Counted from the first letter of the stretch, positions 1 to 8,587 are shown. The stretch: 64,000 nt of DNA from a virus (IMGVR_UViG_3300049859_000309:4257-68256), one strand, 5' to 3'. Numbers and translations are program-made. The notes: a model not told the origin generated them from the letters alone.

Positions 1-123
1 AGATTCTAATCGTATCCGAAAGCTCAATGTTTGGAGTTGTTGCTACGGACACAAAGCATACACCAAAAACAAGTAGGGCTCCAACAATCAATTTCATCGC
101 ATGCAATTTTACCATAACTTCCT

Positions 124-540
124 TTAAAACGGAATTTCTTCATCGTTTGAGTAGTCTGAATAGCCCATAGCAAGCTCGTTTTCCTGCTCTTCTGTCATTG
201 GACCGCCTTCTTTTTTCTTCGGACTCAAGATTTGAATCGTCTCAACTACGATCTCGGTTATGAACTTAGTAAGACCGTCTTGATCATAAGATCTTGTTCT
301 TAAAGAACCCTCAACATAAAGAAGACTTCCTTTTTTTACATATTTTTCAGCAATTTCCGCCGCCTTACCATATGAAACTATTTTATGCCAATCAGTAACG
401 GACTGCTTTTGGCCCGCCTTATCCCAGTAAGACCTGTTAGTAGCTAACGAAAAACTAGCCGAAGCTCCACTGCTTAGCAGCCTTGTTTTTATTTCAGTTC
501 CAGCCCTACCCACCAAGATAACTTTGTTTATTCCGTTCAT
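124..540 (-). CDS. ssb: Single-stranded DNA-binding protein, bacterial SSB type
   Basis: N-terminal INKVILVGRAG, OB-fold motifs WHKIVSYG and YVEGSLRTRSY, acidic C-terminal tail ending EEIPF. Confidence 0.95.
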   Translation of the reverse strand: MNGINKVILVGRAGTEIKTRLLSSGASASFSLATNRSYWDKAGQKQSVTDWHKIVSYGKAAEIAEKYVKKGSLLYVEGSLRTRSYDQDGLTKFITEIVVETIQILSPKKKEGGPMTEEQENELAMGYSDYSNDEEIPF

Positions 541-863
541 CCGACCCTCTTTGTTTTATATTGACTAAAACATGTCTTATCCCACTTATTTAAAAGCGAT
601 AGCGCGACTCTTAGCAGGTTCGCATTGTTAAGATCCATTTTCTTTTTTAGGTCAATTCCCTTGATTTCTATCTCAAAATTCTTATCGCTCTGGATTTTAA
701 TTAGAGTTTTGTCAGCACTGTCTATATCACCAGCGTTTGAAAACTGCTTGATAGATACTTTGTAGTGGCTTGGAGTCTCTGAAAGAATTGCATAATATTC
801 TGGAGATTCCAACCCAAAGTCTAAATTGTATAAGTATTTGATTTGTTTATGCTTTTTTGCCAT
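537..863 (-). CDS. Hypothetical protein
   Basis: 108-aa ORF, 4-bp overlap with ssb, same orientation as neighbours. Confidence 0.75.
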   Translation of the reverse strand: MAKKHKQIKYLYNLDFGLESPEYYAILSETPSHYKVSIKQFSNAGDIDSADKTLIKIQSDKNFEIEIKGIDLKKKMDLNNANLLRVALSLLNKWDKTCFSQYKTKRVG

Positions 864-1002
864 ATATTGCCTTATATCCTATGATTACAGGTTTTTCTTT
901 TTGCTGCGGCTTTTCAATCTTTTCCTTGATCTTTAGAAGATCTTGTAGACTATCGGTCTTGTCGCATGGCTGCAGGTTAACTATTAATATTAAAGCTATC
1001 AT
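847..1002 (-). CDS. Small hypothetical protein (51 aa) with hydrophobic N-terminus
   Basis: Hand translation MIALILIVNLQPCDKTDSLQDLLKIKEKIEKPQQKEKPVIIGYKAIYGKKA; fills the gap and follows a sigma70-like promoter; below the ORF-track length cutoff. Confidence 0.5.
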   Translation of the reverse strand: MIALILIVNLQPCDKTDSLQDLLKIKEKIEKPQQKEKPVIIGYKAIYGKKA

Positions 1003-1008
1003 GTAACC

Positions 1009-1037
1009 ATCCTAGCGTATTAAATACAAAAAGTCAA
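1009..1037 (-). promoter_or_regulatory. Sigma70-like promoter TTGACT-N17-TAGGAT
   Basis: Near-consensus -35 and -10 with 17-bp spacer in an intergenic gap, oriented with downstream genes. Confidence 0.6.
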
Positions 1038-1042
1038 ACCAC

Positions 1043-1327
1043 TCACATCTCACACACGTATTGCATCATTTTGAAACACTTTGACGGGTCTTTGTAGCTT
1101 TTGCATAAATCGTGTATGGCCGTTGCGCAGCCTCTAGCTCTTTGTTCCTGAGCTTCAAACATTCTTATGTATCCAGCGGTATCGACCTCAACAGAGCATT
1201 CTTTTAACTCTTTTACGAGTCTCTCGTTTGTTGTCGACAGTTCCTTGTTTTGTCTAAATTGTTTTAACGCGAACTCGCCCATCAAAACAAATAACGTAAG
1301 CATTATGAACATTGCGACAGCTTCCAT
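1043..1327 (-). CDS. Hypothetical membrane-anchored protein
   Basis: N-terminal TM segment (VAMFIMLTLFVLMG), coiled coil, Cys-rich C-terminus. Confidence 0.7.
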   Translation of the reverse strand: MEAVAMFIMLTLFVLMGEFALKQFRQNKELSTTNERLVKELKECSVEVDTAGYIRMFEAQEQRARGCATAIHDLCKSYKDPSKCFKMMQYVCEM

Positions 1328-1333
1328 TTTTTT

Positions 1334-1546
1334 TCATTTAATGACCTTAACTGGATTGGCGCACCGATCAATAATGTCTAAGCTTTTTTCTTCGCCCTGA
1401 TAAGTTCCGCCAGTTAAATGCTGAAAGCACGTTCTTGCTGCTAGTTTATGGTTTACAGCCTTAACCGAAAACTCTCTACCAGCAAGATCTTTAAAAACAA
1501 AGGTCTGTGCGTTTAAAATCAAAGATAGTGTTAATAATTTAATCAT
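1334..1546 (-). CDS. Hypothetical small secreted protein
   Basis: Likely start MIKLLTLSLILNAQ at 1546 after AGGGG RBS, overlapping the upstream stop; signal-peptide-like N-terminus. Confidence 0.6.
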   Translation of the reverse strand: MIKLLTLSLILNAQTFVFKDLAGREFSVKAVNHKLAARTCFQHLTGGTYQGEEKSLDIIDRCANPVKVIK

Positions 1547-2633
1547 CGGCAATCCCCTTAAAACTTGCAGGAGGCACTGCGGCTTGTGCAAAAAATTCCG
1601 ACATTGTGTTGCTTTTAAGTACTTCAATTCTATTGATTTTTAAAGCACTGCTATTTGTAAGATCGCGCCCAATCTCTCCGTCCTCTTTCATGAGGATACC
1701 CAGCTCTGGATTAGAAAATTTATCAGATTTTTGCTCTGATACCTCAGAAGCAAACGAACCTGAATAAAATCCGTAAAAAAACATAGCATAGGAGTTTGAG
1801 CTTTTTCCAATCGTATCGTCTAACCTCAACAGCTGGACATCAGATAATTTTGCCACCAAGCTGTTTTGATTTTTATTGATAAAGCTACTTAGTTGAGCGC
1901 CAGCTAGTGCTAACGTATCGTCTGAACATTTTATAGCCATAAGTGAGTATCGCGTGATAGATCTGTGTACGCCGTTCCTTGCCTCTAAATCATCTGTAGT
2001 AAATGACAAATGCTTATCGGCCTTTGCCAGCAACATGTTAAATTTTCTAAAGACGGACGATTTTATACTGTTTAATAAAGATAGTGCGCGATCCAATAAA
2101 GAAGGCTTGGGTTCTTCTAAATCAATCTCTTCATCAACGCTGTCAAATATGGCGTCAAAATCTGACTCAACTCCATATCTTTTTTCCATAGCGTCTTTAG
2201 CCAGTAAGGCCGCGATGACGCTAAATGGTATTATTTTTCTAATAATCCTGCGTAGCTGCGAAGCCAATAAATATTTTACATAAACGATCTTTTCAGACAG
2301 CGACTCGCCCTCAGGCCAGATTGGAAGATTTTCGTATCTTTCTAAAATAGGAACTTTAGCCGTGGCTGTATTTCTAAGGATAACTCTAGCATTTGGCGTC
2401 AAATATTTTGAGGCGTCCAGTAATCCTTGACTTGCTTGAGCAAACTGTATTTCTACTGGCTCTCCCAATTGTTTTTCCATAGTCTCTTTTAGAAACTTTT
2501 CATATTGGCGACCATCTAAAACCAAAAGATCTGGAATCGAAAAGACGTAATGATTATACTCTACGTCAGGGACAACCTCTTCGGATATCACCGTCTCTAG
2601 ACTTTTATACGGAAGTCTTTTAAGTTTTCTCAC
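1539..2633 (-). CDS. Hypothetical protein (364 aa)
   Basis: Long ORF coupled to neighbours; no recognisable motif. Confidence 0.75.
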   Translation of the reverse strand: MRKLKRLPYKSLETVISEEVVPDVEYNHYVFSIPDLLVLDGRQYEKFLKETMEKQLGEPVEIQFAQASQGLLDASKYLTPNARVILRNTATAKVPILERYENLPIWPEGESLSEKIVYVKYLLASQLRRIIRKIIPFSVIAALLAKDAMEKRYGVESDFDAIFDSVDEEIDLEEPKPSLLDRALSLLNSIKSSVFRKFNMLLAKADKHLSFTTDDLEARNGVHRSITRYSLMAIKCSDDTLALAGAQLSSFINKNQNSLVAKLSDVQLLRLDDTIGKSSNSYAMFFYGFYSGSFASEVSEQKSDKFSNPELGILMKEDGEIGRDLTNSSALKINRIEVLKSNTMSEFFAQAAVPPASFKGIADD

Positions 2634-2856
2634 TAGAGTTTCCCATCAGCCCGTACATGTGAAGCTTGTTATACATTGTTTTATTACTTATACCCAGAGC
2701 TTTAGCCGCCGCCGACTTATTTCCCTGAAACGCTTGCAAAACATCCAAAATATGTTTTTTTACCACGCCTTCAAGATCATAAGGAGGCATCTTATGATCC
2801 ACTAAACTGCCAAGCATTTGGTGGCAGCCTTGCGGTAGTTTTGTTTCGTTTTCCAT
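2620..2856 (-). CDS. Fis-family helix-turn-helix protein
   Basis: LEGVVKKHILDVLQAFQGNKSAAAKALGISNKTMYNKL matches the Fis/NtrC C-terminal HTH; start 2856 after AAGGAG RBS. Confidence 0.85.
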   Translation of the reverse strand: MENETKLPQGCHQMLGSLVDHKMPPYDLEGVVKKHILDVLQAFQGNKSAAAKALGISNKTMYNKLHMYGLMGNSSEKT

Positions 2857-2867
2857 TTCATTCTCCT

Positions 2868-3143
2868 TTAGTTTTTCCATGAATCAAAAAAATCTTCTTC
2901 AGCTATTTCAAAACTAGAGTTTGGCGAACTATCAGGATGTGCCTGAAAACCTTCCCATACCCTATAATGGATCTTTAGCGTCTCTTCACCAGTACTGTCA
3001 AACACCATAGACGTTCTCATTACAGCCGCCACAACCCTCTGATCTGCCGACCTCACAGTACCAGTATTTGCATCATAATAACAGGCTGGCCAGTCTATCT
3101 GGACCCGATCTGCAATTTTTATTTGCGAGTATTTATCAAACAT
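2868..3143 (-). CDS. Hypothetical protein
   Basis: 91-aa ORF with GAGG RBS, in operon. Confidence 0.7.
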   Translation of the reverse strand: MFDKYSQIKIADRVQIDWPACYYDANTGTVRSADQRVVAAVMRTSMVFDSTGEETLKIHYRVWEGFQAHPDSSPNSSFEIAEEDFFDSWKN

Positions 3144-3151
3144 AAGCGCCT

Positions 3152-3352
3152 CTATATCATTCTGTCTATAGGGTATTTTATCACGAAGCTATAGGCCATT
3201 TCAACATCTTTTCTCTCTTCTTCTTTTTTCAAAGAAAGAATTTCGTCTTCATTGAATCTCCAGCCAACAAAAAACTCTAATCCAGTTTTAAGGCTTTTGC
3301 CGTAAAGTTCGTAAATCTGATCTGAGCTAAGCATATCAAACCCTTTCTCCAT
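3152..3352 (-). CDS. Hypothetical protein
   Basis: 66-aa ORF in operon; start may be 3334. Confidence 0.6.
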   Translation of the reverse strand: MEKGFDMLSSDQIYELYGKSLKTGLEFFVGWRFNEDEILSLKKEEERKDVEMAYSFVIKYPIDRMI

Positions 3353-3551
3353 CGCCCTGATTGGGCAGTTTTGAGCATTTACTACACACTATATAGTCGA
3401 CACCCTCTTGATTCATATACACCCATTTGTGCGGAGGGCATCCATCGATATCTGAGGATTCCTGTTCTGGTTTTGAAAAGCTAAACGCCATGTATATCAC
3501 AAACCCAAAACCTAATAAGAAAAAAAATATTTCAAACAATCCCTCAAACAT
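3336..3551 (-). CDS. Small membrane protein with putative Zn-binding motif
   Basis: N-terminal TM segment, then CPPHKW...CSKC. Confidence 0.65.
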   Translation of the reverse strand: MFEGLFEIFFFLLGFGFVIYMAFSFSKPEQESSDIDGCPPHKWVYMNQEGVDYIVCSKCSKLPNQGDGERV

Positions 3552-4086
3552 TTCTATTCCTTTTTCTTGGCTTATATATCTGATTTAAAAAGAACTTTTC
3601 TTCGGGCTTTCCCGTATCGGCAATACTCGCGATATGCCTAGGCATTACTTTAACGTAATTCTTAAAACTTTCGTAACTTACGTTAGCTATTTTAGCGCTT
3701 TCTATCTGATTTTTGCCATTAATCAGCTGCTCGATAACAAGAACCTGCTTTTTCGTCATGGTTTTTTTAAGATTTCTCTCTACTTCTCTGATTATGCAAA
3801 TCTGTTCTTGATTTAAACCTTTAGGGGTGTCGTTATCGACAGTTGATCGCTTGATCTTTTCGACTAGACGGCCTCTTCTTTTTATTCTTCCCAAGTAAGT
3901 AAAGCAAGAATTCCTCACACATTCAAACACAAAAGGCTTATACCAGTTGTTGTTTCTGTGGCAGTTTAGCATTGCGTCCTGAACTGCCTCTAAAGCGTTT
4001 TCTTCGTTTTTCATGATTTTCATCGCAAACTTTAAAGCTCTTTTGTACAAAACACTATCGATCATTTTTGCCCAAAGCCTTTTCAA
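3544..4086 (-). CDS. ECF-like (sigma70 family) RNA polymerase sigma factor
   Basis: Region 2-like LYKRALKFAMKIMKNEENALEAVQDAML...FVFECVRNSCFTYL; region 4-like MTKKQVLVIEQLINGKNQIESAKIANVSYESFKNYV. Confidence 0.7.
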   Translation of the reverse strand: MKRLWAKMIDSVLYKRALKFAMKIMKNEENALEAVQDAMLNCHRNNNWYKPFVFECVRNSCFTYLGRIKRRGRLVEKIKRSTVDNDTPKGLNQEQICIIREVERNLKKTMTKKQVLVIEQLINGKNQIESAKIANVSYESFKNYVKVMPRHIASIADTGKPEEKFFLNQIYKPRKRNRNV

Positions 4087-4237
4087 AAAGCGCTAAAATA
4101 GCCACTCCGTGCGACAAAGCAAGGGCTAGTATAAGCATCGGATCATTTGGCGTAGCAAATAGACCAGAGGTCACCATGATTCCAGAACTTAACAATAAAA
4201 TTATTGCAGCCGCGCTCAGTTTATGAACTTTTCTCAT
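4055..4237 (-). CDS. Small two-TM membrane protein
   Basis: Two hydrophobic segments in 60 aa. Confidence 0.55.
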   Translation of the reverse strand: MRKVHKLSAAAIILLLSSGIMVTSGLFATPNDPMLILALALSHGVAILALFEKALGKNDR

Positions 4238-4466
4238 CTTTTTTTCCTTTTCCTGAAGCGGTCAGTACAGCTTCGTAGTATTCGTTAGCATCTTTAAATG
4301 TTAAAAATCCAAAGTCTTTTCCGTCGTAACTTACGACGTATTGACTTTTACTTTCAGTGACCCCCATTTTAAGAGAAAAATCACCACTCTCAACGGATTT
4401 TACCGTATTTAGGCCATTTGTTAAGAATATTTTCACAATATCTCCTTTTTTATTTAAAAATTCCAA
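4221..4466 (-). CDS. Hypothetical protein
   Basis: 81-aa ORF overlapping neighbours. Confidence 0.65.
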   Translation of the reverse strand: MEFLNKKGDIVKIFLTNGLNTVKSVESGDFSLKMGVTESKSQYVVSYDGKDFGFLTFKDANEYYEAVLTASGKGKKDEKSS

Positions 4467-4720
4467 GTCAATTCTAATCCCAATGCGCTTTTGTCTACTT
4501 TAACTAAAACTGAATCGATTGATCTAGTTTTGGTTACGTAAGACACTCGACCACGAGCTATTATGTCTACGCTACCAGCCGCCACAACGATCGCTTTTTC
4601 TCCTAAATAAGGAACTAAGTACACGTTAGCAAAATCCTCGGCAGCTAGCTTCACTTCTTTTTCGCCTCGACTGGCCGACTCCTCAACTCCCGAAACCCTG
4701 ATGGCTTGGGACGTACCCAC
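4454..4720 (-). CDS. Hypothetical protein, start uncertain
   Basis: ORF from GTG at 4720, but the frame is open upstream to about 4834 and contains a lipobox-like ILISVGC. Confidence 0.6.
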   Translation of the reverse strand: MGTSQAIRVSGVEESASRGEKEVKLAAEDFANVYLVPYLGEKAIVVAAGSVDIIARGRVSYVTKTRSIDSVLVKVDKSALGLELTWNF

Positions 4721-4806
4721 TCTGCAGGCCTCTCTATATGAAAGATCAGAGTTTTGGCATCCTACAGATATTAAAATCTTAGCCAGTAAGGCTAGTGATT
4801 CCGAGC

Positions 4807-5097
4807 TTATAAATAACCGCCCTGTCGCTTCATTTCAGCAATAAATACGTCCATAAACAAAGAGTCTATTTTTTCGTATTCTCCCTGAGCGGTAAGATCT
4901 TGCGATCTTAACAAATCGTCAGTTTCTTTCTTTGAGAGTTCTGGCACAACTAAATTTTTGTATTTATTGCCAATATACGACCTATGATGAGCAATTACTC
5001 TTTCAATTGTTTCAAAGGATGTGCTTGTTTTTTCTTCATGCCTATAAAACAGGCCCAAGTTTATTTCAAATCTTCTCACTACTTGATCGAACGTCAT
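4807..5097 (-). CDS. Hypothetical protein
   Basis: 96-aa ORF with GGAG RBS. Confidence 0.7.
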   Translation of the reverse strand: MTFDQVVRRFEINLGLFYRHEEKTSTSFETIERVIAHHRSYIGNKYKNLVVPELSKKETDDLLRSQDLTAQGEYEKIDSLFMDVFIAEMKRQGGYL

Positions 5098-5110
5098 AAC
5101 ATCTCCTTAA

Positions 5111-5341
5111 TTAAACATATCTTCTAAGTATAATTTTTACAAGCTTTTTCTTTTTGACCACGTAAACCAAAAAATCCTTACTGAGTATGTTGTACCTCTG
5201 AGTATCGGCATCAACTAGTCTGTAGCCTTTTTTTATTAGAACCCTAATAGACTTGTTTTCGTAAACTATCGAGTGAACTGGAATTATTTCGCCAGTCTCT
5301 TTGTCAAGAAGCTCAGCGGGCCAATTGGTATTACTATTCAA
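5111..5341 (-). CDS. Hypothetical protein
   Basis: 76-aa ORF in operon. Confidence 0.65.
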   Translation of the reverse strand: MNSNTNWPAELLDKETGEIIPVHSIVYENKSIRVLIKKGYRLVDADTQRYNILSKDFLVYVVKKKKLVKIILRRYV

Positions 5342-5582
5342 AATGAGCCTCCACTGTTTTTTTAATGCGCTTAAACATGGCGTCTAGCTCTACTGGACAG
5401 CATTCGGTATCAAAAGACCCGCCAATTTCAATCCCTTGTCGCAGAGAACCGATTCTTGGCTTGTAGGCAGGAACATCTATTTTTATTCTAGGGTTGTAAT
5501 TTTTAAAAATGTCGTGCTCGATCTTAAATGAAAGATTGTATTTTTTACACAAGAGGACAACATCTCTTAGAAAATTACCCAT
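5334..5582 (-). CDS. Hypothetical protein
   Basis: 82-aa ORF overlapping neighbours. Confidence 0.65.
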   Translation of the reverse strand: MGNFLRDVVLLCKKYNLSFKIEHDIFKNYNPRIKIDVPAYKPRIGSLRQGIEIGGSFDTECCPVELDAMFKRIKKTVEAHFE

Positions 5583-5898
5583 GAGCTTCCCACATGATTT
5601 TTTCTTTCATATATTCATCGCACTCATACGCCTCTTTCAAAGCCTCGGCCACAAGACCCTGTAATTCAAAGATGGACATCATCTCAAGCTCTTTAGCGTC
5701 TCCCTCGACAGTATCTTTGTTCAGATACTTTAAACAAAGAGCTTGGAACACTTGATCGTTATTAAAAAACCGACTGTGCCAAAATGGAGAAAGCTGCCTG
5801 CTTATGATTTTTAATTGCATTGGTCTCATCGACTGAGCCAAGTCCATAATTTGGGCCTTGGCTTTTTCACTTACGTGTTTTGATAATGAGGTGTACAT
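5575..5898 (-). CDS. Hypothetical protein
   Basis: 107-aa ORF with TAATG stop/start coupling. Confidence 0.7.
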   Translation of the reverse strand: MYTSLSKHVSEKAKAQIMDLAQSMRPMQLKIISRQLSPFWHSRFFNNDQVFQALCLKYLNKDTVEGDAKELEMMSIFELQGLVAEALKEAYECDEYMKEKIMWEAHG

Positions 5899-6095
5899 TA
5901 CGCCACCTGTTTTCTAGTAAACAAATCTATAACTGGAGCTAAATTTTCTTGCTCTACAGAAGGCTTGCGACCAAATATTGGAATATATAAGGTACAGCCT
6001 TCTGACTGAAGAACCTGAGTTCCGTCACGACGAACGCCTAATGATTTAAAACCAGCTTTTTTAGATGGACTATTTTTTACTTTTACCGCTCCCAT
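5898..6095 (-). CDS. Hypothetical protein, first gene of operon
   Basis: Strong GGAGG RBS, directly downstream of promoter. Confidence 0.7.
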   Translation of the reverse strand: MGAVKVKNSPSKKAGFKSLGVRRDGTQVLQSEGCTLYIPIFGRKPSVEQENLAPVIDLFTRKQVA

Positions 6096-6117
6096 AAAAC
6101 CTCCGTTTGTTGAATAC

Positions 6118-6146
6118 AGAATAACAAACGGTTAACGATAAGTAAA
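6118..6146 (-). promoter_or_regulatory. Sigma70-like promoter TTTACT-N17-TATTCT with A-rich UP-like element, overlapped by a 9-bp inverted repeat (6103-6131)
   Basis: Hexamers and spacing read directly; CCGTTTGTT-N11-AACAAACGG spans the spacer, -10 and RBS. Confidence 0.55.
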
Positions 6147-6209
6147 ATATTTTTTTGTGTATGTTTGTTTTTTATTAAAAAGCTAATAAAAACAATAGTT
6201 TAAGCTGTC

Positions 6210-7046
6210 TCAAATTGAGACCTTTGCTTTAATTTCAGGCCAAGGATTGTAGTTAGTTAGCTTAAAATCTTCGTAATTAAGTAATGATGGGTCTTGCACA
6301 TCTTTGGTTATTTCTAGACTAGGAAGCGCGAACGTAGGCCTATTAAGCTGCTCTCTTACTTGCTCTATGTGATTTAAGTAAATATGAGCATCGCCAAAAG
6401 TGTGTATAAATTGATGAGGTACTAAATTTGTCATTTTGGCTACGATCATAAGAAGGGCCGCATACGAAGCGATATTAAAAGGAACTCCCAAAAACATATC
6501 AGCGGATCTCTGATAAAGCTGCAAGCTTAATTTATTGCCATAGACCTTAAATTGAAAAAAACAGTGACATGGAGGAAGCTTCATGTCTTCAATATCGGCA
6601 GGATTCCACGCTGACACTATCAGACGACGGCAATTAGGCTTTTCCTTTATTCTCTGAATTACGTTTTTAATTTGATCTATAGTTATTGCGTCACGCTGAT
6701 CTGAATAATTAGGGTCGTGTTGCACAGTCCACTTGCGCCACTGTTTTCCGTAGACTGGACCAAGTTCGCCATTTTGATCGGCCCACTGATCCCAAATATG
6801 AATTTTTTTATCTACTAGCGATTTAATGTTGGTTTCTCCACGAAGCATCCACAAAAGCTCCTCAATAACACCACGAAAGAAAACCTTTTTGGTTGTCAGT
6901 AAAGGAAAACCTTCCGACATATCGTGCTTAATTTGGGCACCGAATATAGATTTAGTTCCTGTTCCTGTTCGATCATCGGTAACTTCACCGCTATCGTGTA
7001 TTTCTTGCAAAAGTTCTAGGTATTCGTGCTCAATATTGTGTTTCAA
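6210..7046 (-). CDS. thyA: Thymidylate synthase
   Basis: [20 protein letters not shown] catalytic Cys, [18 protein letters not shown]; likely TTG start at 7046 after AAGGGA, overlapping upstream TGA. Confidence 0.97.
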   Translation of the reverse strand: MKHNIEHEYLELLQEIHDSGEVTDDRTGTGTKSIFGAQIKHDMSEGFPLLTTKKVFFRGVIEELLWMLRGETNIKSLVDKKIHIWDQWADQNGELGPVYGKQWRKWTVQHDPNYSDQRDAITIDQIKNVIQRIKEKPNCRRLIVSAWNPADIEDMKLPPCHCFFQFKVYGNKLSLQLYQRSADMFLGVPFNIASYAALLMIVAKMTNLVPHQFIHTFGDAHIYLNHIEQVREQLNRPTFALPSLEITKDVQDPSLLNYEDFKLTNYNPWPEIKAKVSI

Positions 7047-7267
7047 AATTCGATCCCTTTCTTTTTCCAGTTTTTGATCGCCGAAATGCCTATGATCAAA
7101 AGAACAACTGATTGAATAGCTAAGGCCCACTGCTTTGTGAATAAGGAGTACGCCAGCCAAGTAATATCAGCTGAAACGATTAAATACTGACCTCTTAGTT
7201 TAGGCTTTGAAATATAGTACACCGCAGACAAGACCAGAGCTGTTGCTAAATAACTTAAATTTTCCAT
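7043..7267 (-). CDS. Small three-TM membrane protein, PnuC/SemiSWEET-like half transporter
   Basis: Three hydrophobic helices with pattern [30 protein letters not shown]...IKNWKK reminiscent of PnuC-like halves. Confidence 0.5.
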   Translation of the reverse strand: MENLSYLATALVLSAVYYISKPKLRGQYLIVSADITWLAYSLFTKQWALAIQSVVLLIIGISAIKNWKKKGIEF

Positions 7268-7497
7268 TACTCACACTGCCTTTCGATTTCTTTTTCTAAT
7301 TCGTCCGACTTGGTGTATTCCGACATATAACTATTTTCCTTAGTTGTGATGCCCACATACATATAACCGTCTTTTGAGTTTATAGAAACAATTTCTTTGC
7401 AGATCAAATTTGTTTTTTGGGTTACTAGAGTTTCTGGCCACATATCCCCACTTAATCGCATCAGCATTATTGTTAATATTCCTATACTATTCATCAC
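7267..7497 (-). CDS. Hypothetical protein
   Basis: 76-aa ORF, coupled to neighbours. Confidence 0.65.
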   Translation of the reverse strand: MMNSIGILTIMLMRLSGDMWPETLVTQKTNLICKEIVSINSKDGYMYVGITTKENSYMSEYTKSDELEKEIERQCE

Positions 7498-7744
7498 TAC
7501 CTATCCATTTTCTTAGGTTTTCCCAATTATTTATTTTTTCGTCTACGGGAGCCCACGTTGCTTTGTAAGTAAGCCACCCCACCTCAAAACTATAGACTTT
7601 CATAAGAATACCTTTAATCACTCTGGTGTCGCCAATCTCAAGATGTCTTGGCTCTTTTGATTTGGCCCAACGTCCAAGCCCTCCATCTAGCTCATAATCT
7701 ATCGAACCTTGAGTATAAATAACTTTTTGTTTTTTCCCTAACAT
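7487..7744 (-). CDS. Hypothetical protein
   Basis: 85-aa ORF with GGAG RBS. Confidence 0.7.
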   Translation of the reverse strand: MLGKKQKVIYTQGSIDYELDGGLGRWAKSKEPRHLEIGDTRVIKGILMKVYSFEVGWLTYKATWAPVDEKINNWENLRKWIGSDE

Positions 7745-7758
7745 GCTTTCTCCTATTC

Positions 7759-7998
7759 TTATGACATGTTCACTTTATCTGGATCGATAAAGGTGATCAC
7801 TACGTTGTTTTCTTTATATCTGATTGACGGAACGCATCCGTGAGGAGCATCTATTTCAAAACTACTCTCTTCGTTTGGCTGAAGACATGCTTTTTGGTTC
7901 ATCTTGAATTTGAAACTTCCGTACTCATTTGCCATTGGCTTACTAACAACCTCTACGTTCATAGGTGTTAAATTTTCATTTTTTAAGTGAACTATCAT
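7759..7998 (-). CDS. Hypothetical protein
   Basis: 79-aa ORF in operon. Confidence 0.65.
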   Translation of the reverse strand: MIVHLKNENLTPMNVEVVSKPMANEYGSFKFKMNQKACLQPNEESSFEIDAPHGCVPSIRYKENNVVITFIDPDKVNMS

Positions 7999-8203
7999 TT
8001 ATTTTCTCCATCGTTTTTTCCGTATCGGAAGCAAATTCCAAAAACATCATAGGGTATCTTATTTCGGATTTATCTACCTGTAATATAGCGTGTGGCTCAA
8101 CTCTTCCGTTGTAGTAATGATCGTACTCTATTCTGACTAAGGCCACTACCATTCCTTTTAAAAGTTTTTTCTTTCGATCGCCTTTTTTAACTACCACTTT
8201 CAT
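7976..8203 (-). CDS. Hypothetical protein
   Basis: 75-aa ORF in operon. Confidence 0.65.
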   Translation of the reverse strand: MKVVVKKGDRKKKLLKGMVVALVRIEYDHYYNGRVEPHAILQVDKSEIRYPMMFLEFASDTEKTMEKINDSSLKK

Positions 8204-8522
8204 TTACTATGACCTTTACTTGTTTTCCAGATCTTTTTTTGGCATCTCTGAAAATTTCAAAATAGTCAACCATATCCTCATCTATATATCCAGCTAAATG
8301 GATTTCGTCAAAATCCAACACTCGTGCATGATACAAAGCTGTTAGACTCTGATGGTTTCCCCAATGAAAAATCACATTGGTGTCGCCTAAAAACATCGCC
8401 TTCAAAGGACTCATGACTCTTGAGTTCTGCTTCAGTCCTCTTCGAGCCGATTCGTATATTGAGTGCGCAGCAAAGTTTGAATATTTATCAGCTATGACCA
8501 GTATGTGAATTTCTTTACTCAT
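8187..8522 (-). CDS. Hypothetical protein
   Basis: 111-aa ORF whose ATG lies 7 nt after a TACTAT -10. Confidence 0.7.
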   Translation of the reverse strand: MSKEIHILVIADKYSNFAAHSIYESARRGLKQNSRVMSPLKAMFLGDTNVIFHWGNHQSLTALYHARVLDFDEIHLAGYIDEDMVDYFEIFRDAKKRSGKQVKVIVNESGS

Positions 8523-8529
8523 TAAGTAG

Positions 8530-8558
8530 ATAGTATCTCACAAAAAGCAAAAAGCCAA
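8530..8558 (-). promoter_or_regulatory. Promoter TTGGCT-N17-TACTAT (GATACTAT motif)
   Basis: Hexamers and 17-bp spacer read directly. Confidence 0.5.
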
Positions 8559-8587
8559 GAGCTGTTTCCTATTGCCCTTGGCTTTTT
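8549..8587 (-). terminator. Intrinsic terminator-like hairpin
   Basis: AAAAAGCCAAG-N17-CTTGGCTTTTT inverted repeat followed by GCTTTTTG on the minus strand; probably bidirectional. Confidence 0.6.

Noticed and set aside
6210-7160. ThyA as a dCMP hydroxymethylase or other base-modification enzyme, and the 316-aa long start
   Set aside because: The specificity residue is Asn (PFNIASY) as in dUMP-specific ThyA, and dUTPase is present; the long start overlaps the upstream membrane gene by over 100 bp
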